From positions 558,001 to 622,000 of the forward strand of contig OZ218950.1 in assembly GCA_965112735.1 (NCBI GenBank): a stretch of DNA of 64,000 nt. Reading direction: 5' to 3'. This stretch comes from Phaeosaccion multiseriatum (taxonomy: Eukaryota; Protista; Ochrophyta, other classes). A program made the position numbers and the translations under genes. The notes under the pieces are model-generated. The model saw only the letters and a program-made list of their open reading frames with translations. It was not told where the DNA came from and did not search any database. This document shows, one piece after another, positions 61,301 to 64,000 of the stretch; the first letter of the stretch is position 1; each line of letters opens with the position of its first letter.

Positions 61301-61561
61301 AGACTGGGCCACCAAACGGACGAGCTCATCGAGGCGATGGCCATCCACAAGGCATCAAGAGGGCTCGGCCCCGCAGCGGCGGCAGCCACGGGCCCCATCA
61401 AGGGCCTCCTGCGCCAACAACTGTCCCTCGCCCTTCAACGCGCCCTCTCACAGCGGGAGATCAGGTATGGCACCCTCCTTCGAGCCACGATGACGCAGCA
61501 CGAAGCAGCAGAAACCCTCGACTGGGGGCTCATGGGAGCCATCGACGGAGCGGCCGCCTGA
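57248..61561 (+). CDS. Reverse transcriptase + restriction-like endonuclease segment (protein-like from about 58100)
   Basis: RPVT, GQLAV, HDITKAY, GVNQGAPEGPLMF, AYADD (59657), GLEFNERKT; RSGGLGL...AAY; C-x4-C...HATIC; RMDL...CDITV...AEERKRTHY...AIETYGRLG (PD-(D/E)xK-type RLE). Confidence 0.93.
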   Translation: MYGTAHWPSTSRHARRRTSRAQPLRIGSHEQVPQPQRPPLPLLPQPLLPAHDRAGHHSTRRESYGPRKGSPSEGAQRVASAARAGQPRATPPVPATPHHPTHTPTPTYRPPSPDMLHMHVRRGPPFHRTNHGVASTHPTLPTHRSPRVPPSPPERPSHTEESQPAARHTTRQPPLPRARLHGWLPSSTSHPRPQDHPHPRQRSIGLPRPPQRPRERLSRPRPKRGPVAYGNAPAHDSNGQAQPVPTHHPHGQRRRARARGRRRRRRRRRNRSSAKWSRRRKRRTREGEGNGQGAAAERGPQRERAGGDSTRTQGTTAAAARRGGGGRSRGQGGSGGDGGDGEGPANDDTPEEGWPMQHPNVLRLGALDPQGTILSTLVFETVAQCNPRHVSSIISLQQRALNNWNRALRAHKNGPTDATLHTLLAWDVFHHLLPAMLFSKDGAYSRQQRIQMVLDLDIAPLAQAAIATAHARRPPPPAQAQTEERRRETCAHLLTKPGGLHKAAARLSTKSRDGHLPPTHETFRRLQQAHVDESLEEINTAAAAAREYARTQVQEHPENGNDVTREEISTAMLLTYRRVNFWKGQGADGRRASHVKYPPDSPQEYAIVEALTDTYELLRTGDTPLPPQLAKRWFSTSAAALGEKARPVTSPNLYRSLVESCHMKLIADRVGPELRSAGQLAVAVRGGGETHAAAAQLAHDAGKTVVLHDITKAYTRVSRARGVLASGALPTIDPAGINYAIASLSHASAHNALTPDGTQTIHQSSGVNQGAPEGPLMFAAAIHPVLKVQNTADTAANRPTISAYADDLMDQLEPDAPLETYAPRHAHLQAQFRGLGLEFNERKTVYLMGKGKQPTQADRDHAQRQGATLATEGTVVAGIPVGTEEYIEEYLRNILGQEDPRGYLQLAKHCSEWDNTQAATLVLLQCLPARLTHLARAIDPSIFRRALGSRADRTNRATLAHIMRLPDAPPLEQAADAQEEPWTETQRLQMHTARRSGGLGLTSLHDIAPAAYLGNKMLTLPPLLSRTARREGSQESALPDQLFTNGALKSVADSVNLLHEEGVPEAPLIQAVGQAQFDEARSRVLEPPDHQAQDTARRNVRRSHQAGRQPTHGVQKALTTFIHKRRHEELTQSIATIDVTPAEAQRGEETQEMATARLHSQRGRGAMAFLGALPHGHNTMAPAEWTMALRRNLGVNTPYADPPPPCLGTGCARTASTTHATICPRTGLHNHTHHLLVKAFGRMMHSVGIGGARVEDQTCFDGPTGTRAGRDLRMDLTYPAGSFPGADAPLRRNLLCDITVTNPTAPTHVGRASTTPGHAAAAAEERKRTHYLGSFLPGTSTLKCIAIETYGRLGHQTDELIEAMAIHKASRGLGPAAAAATGPIKGLLRQQLSLALQRALSQREIRYGTLLRATMTQHEAAETLDWGLMGAIDGAAA

Positions 61562-62563
61562 GGAGCAGGAGTACACCAGCCAGCAGACAGCGAGACCATC
61601 AGCACACAGCATAGCAACCACAGTTAGTCACGCCTTGTCACCCGCACCACCCACAGTAGGATAGTTCACATATCACCTCCACCACCTCACTCCTTCCCAC
61701 ACCCCTTCATCACCTCCTCCCCCCTTCAATCCCTTCCCATTCCCCATTATCCTCTACTCTACCACCCTTACCATCCTCTTCCCCTCCACATCACGCTCCA
61801 TCAATACCACACATACACACATCTACACATGGTTACAACTTACCTCGAGCGCTCCAATACTGAGCCCATAAGCTCTAATATACATCTCGCACCCCTCAAC
61901 AGTACACCTCTTCACTACGGCTCCATGGCCCTTGCAAAGTCCTCCCTGTTGCGACTGCTTCTCGCACCCCTCAACAGTACATCTCTTCCGCATTCTCCGC
62001 GCCCTTCAAACAATCCTCCTTGCACCTCCTTCGCGTTTCTTGAAAAGAATATACGCCCACCCCCGTGGACAAGAAGGCTCTTACAGCCCTTCCTTCACTG
62101 TCTGTCGTGGTCAAGAGAAGAGAGAGAAGTCGAATGCTTATGTGCCAACTTGAAGGCCTCCAAGCCCGCGCATCGACTGAAGACAAAGGAGGATAGATCC
62201 CCTTAGGCCCAGCCCAAGCGGTCTTGGAAAAGAAGAGGACAGAAGGTTGTAAAAGAGAATATTCAAGACCGGGATGTGAGGGGAATACACTTCTTAGGGA
62301 GGAGAGGGAGAGAAAGAAGGATGTGTGAAGGCCGGGGCCCAGGAACATGCGATCTAGTTTCAGTTTCAGCTTAGTGGATCTGGACGAGCAGTCGGCTCCA
62401 GGCGAGGTTTCTCGGCCCCCCGATAAAGCAGAAGCCTGCGGCGGCCTGCGGCCGAAAGTAAGAAGCCTGCGGCTGGCCTGCGGCCAGAAGCCTGCAAAAA
62501 GTAGCGAGAAGCCTGCCAAGTCCCCCATTTTTCTCCCAGCCTGAGAAGCCTGAAGCCTCTTCC

Positions 62564-62850
62564 TCGGCCCTGGAAGAGGTTACAGTGTGCCCCAGTCATA
62601 ATCAGTAATCAGGCCGGCTGGCGCCAATAATCAGTAATCAGGCCGGCTAGCGCCCGTCATAATCAGTAATCAGGCCGGCTGGCGCCGGTCATAATCAGTA
62701 ATCAGACCCGGCTGGCGCCGGCCATAATCAGTAATCAGGCCCGGCTGGCGCCATAATCAGTAATCAGGCCGGCTGGCGCCGGCAGTAATCAGTAATCAGG
62801 CCGGCTGCGCCGGCCGTAATCAGTAATCTGATAACCTCTTCCAGGGCCGA
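62564..62850. mobile_element. MITE-like element: perfect 19-bp TIRs enclosing a 29-33 bp minisatellite; possible 6-bp TSD TCTTCC
   Basis: TCGGCCCTGGAAGAGGTTA (62564-62582) and TAACCTCTTCCAGGGCCGA (62832-62850). TCTTCC lies on both flanks. Absent from the paralogous region. Confidence 0.7.
62597..62830. repeat. Minisatellite, about 7.5 copies of CATAATCAGTAATCAGGCCGGCTGGCGCC(GGT)
   Basis: Directly visible. Confidence 0.95.
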
Positions 62851-63170
62851 TCTTCCCCTCCTTCTACGGCTGCTGCTGCTGCTACTACCCCATTCGCCAC
62901 CGACGCAGACGTGGATGTCCGCTTGGCTTCCAAGGCTGCCGCCTTCAAACCCCCTCCTCCTTTCTTGCTGGGCTGTTTCTGACTGCGGTAGATGGCAGCA
63001 GATGTGCGCACGAGCACCTCGAGCCATTGGTGCTCCAAGAGGTGGGCTTCAGAGAACTCCGCGAGGGTCTGAATGGCTTGGGCAGCCTCGCCGTATGGAG
63101 GGACGGAGGGATGGAGGGGGGAGGAGGAGGAGGAGGAGGGGGGAAATGTTGGAAGTGGCGGATTGCTATT

Positions 63171-63913
63171 GGGGATGTTGGAAGGCCTCAGATTAGATGG
63201 TCCGTAAGTCAATGGCCCAGGCCCAGGCAGATACGGTGAGAACGGGTGGCGTAGCTCTCACTATCCAATGTGCGTAGGTGGTCGTTTAGGACGAGCATGC
63301 GATAAGCTGTTAGAGGCAAGGCTGGCTGCTAGGCTGGCTTTGGGGTTGCTGTTACCTTGTCCGTGTGTCTAGTTCCATCCTATCTGTAGGCGACAGCGCA
63401 TGTCGTTTTACACGACGGGGAGGTCGGGGTAGGGCGGGAGCCGGAGCTGGCGCGGATAGTGAAGATGAGGTGGCGTAAGGCCAGCCACAGGGCAGCCACT
63501 CCGGCGCGAGTACTGTGTACGTTGGGCTGTACGGGAGGGCGGCAGTTATCAGACGTGGGAGTGGCTGGGACGATTGGCTCTTGCGGCGCGGAGAGAGGGC
63601 GGCAATAGAGGCATTCGAGGACTCTTTGGCGCCAGGGGCGTTGGACCCGGGAGTACAGCGCAAGCGTGGGCAGCGGTCTAAGCGAGAGCGCACCGTGCGC
63701 GCCATGTTGCACGAGAAGTGGGGGATGGGCATCGCTGCGGAGACGGCGCAACATTTGGGGTTCTAGACCGTGAGGTGGTGGTCGAGGAGGGGGGATAGGT
63801 ATAGGGGATGTTGGAAGGTCACGGGATAGGCATTGGTGGGGATGTTGGAAGGTCACGGGATAGGCATTGGGGATGTTGGAAGGCCTCAGATGAGATGGGC
63901 CGTAAGTCAATGG
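63171..63913. repeat. ~45-bp direct repeats about 700 bp apart, plus shorter GGGGATGTTGGAAGG copies
   Basis: GGGGATGTTGGAAGGCCTCAGAT(T/G)AGATGG(T/G)CCGTAAGTCAATGG at ~63171 and ~63870; partial copies at ~63806 and ~63838. Confidence 0.8.
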
Positions 63914-64000
63914 TCGGTGTGTCCTATATTACGTTGATTCTGAGTGGCAACCAACGGGCCGCTCAGTGTAGGTAAACTTGGTAAGGAGAGCCTAGCTGCA

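Larger units (their letters stand above)
55140..61886 (+). mobile_element. Apparently full-length RLE-type non-LTR retrotransposon (CRE-clade-like), 6747 bp, 10-bp TSD TCGCACCCCT
   Basis: TSD at 55130-55139 and 61887-61896. Absent from the paralogous copy A. Encodes RT, a CCHC-type knuckle and a restriction-like endonuclease. 40-nt 5' UTR, ATG in GCCACCATGG context, ~325-nt 3' UTR, no LTRs. Confidence 0.93.
54022..61993 (-). pseudogene. Zinc-finger array gene, copy B (8 repeats), interrupted in its second repeat by the retrotransposon; segments 61993-61887 and 55139-54022
   Basis: ATG CGG AAG AGA TGT ACT GTT at 61993. The frame breaks at CTVEGC and resumes on the far side of the element. The C-terminus is near-identical to copy A. 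Confidence 0.88.

Noticed and set aside
55140-61886. LTR retrotransposon, group II intron, retron or DGR interpretation of the RT
   Set aside because: There are no LTRs, integrase, RNase H or intron structure. The C-terminal knuckle + RLE and the TSD indicate a non-LTR element. The zinc-finger variation is not adenine-specific as it would be in a DGR.
62597-62830. CRISPR-like periodic array
   Set aside because: The intervening segments are near-identical rather than unique spacers, the period is only ~30 bp, there are no cas genes, and the context is eukaryotic. It is a minisatellite.

Overview
Gene-dense, GC-rich eukaryotic nuclear DNA with spliceosomal GT-AG introns full of microsatellites. 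A PsbP-like protein with signal + transit + Tat presequence and two centriole genes (CEP89-like, CEP135/BLD10) suggest a photosynthetic stramenopile (ochrophyte) with a flagellated stage; the species cannot be identified from the sequence. 1-49 kb holds single-copy genes, often head-to-head: CEP89-like, a low-complexity putative plastid protein, an RVxF-motif protein, PsbP-like, RPL21, a COQ10/EF-hand fusion, a CCCH/RGG protein, organellar bL25, CEP135, SAE2/CtIP and an ankyrin/TPR-like protein. 49-64 kb is a rearranged local duplication with two copies of a C-x4-C-x9-C-x2-H zinc-finger array gene whose repeats are shuffled. The second copy is interrupted by an apparently full-length 6.7-kb RLE-type (CRE-like) non-LTR retrotransposon with a 10-bp TSD; its protein carries two RING fingers. 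A TIR-bounded minisatellite element follows. Genome-wide patterns include orientation-biased intronic motifs, reiterated splice signals and a ~16-nt motif reused in several reading frames. All gene models were spliced by eye and family calls come from recalled motifs, not database searches.
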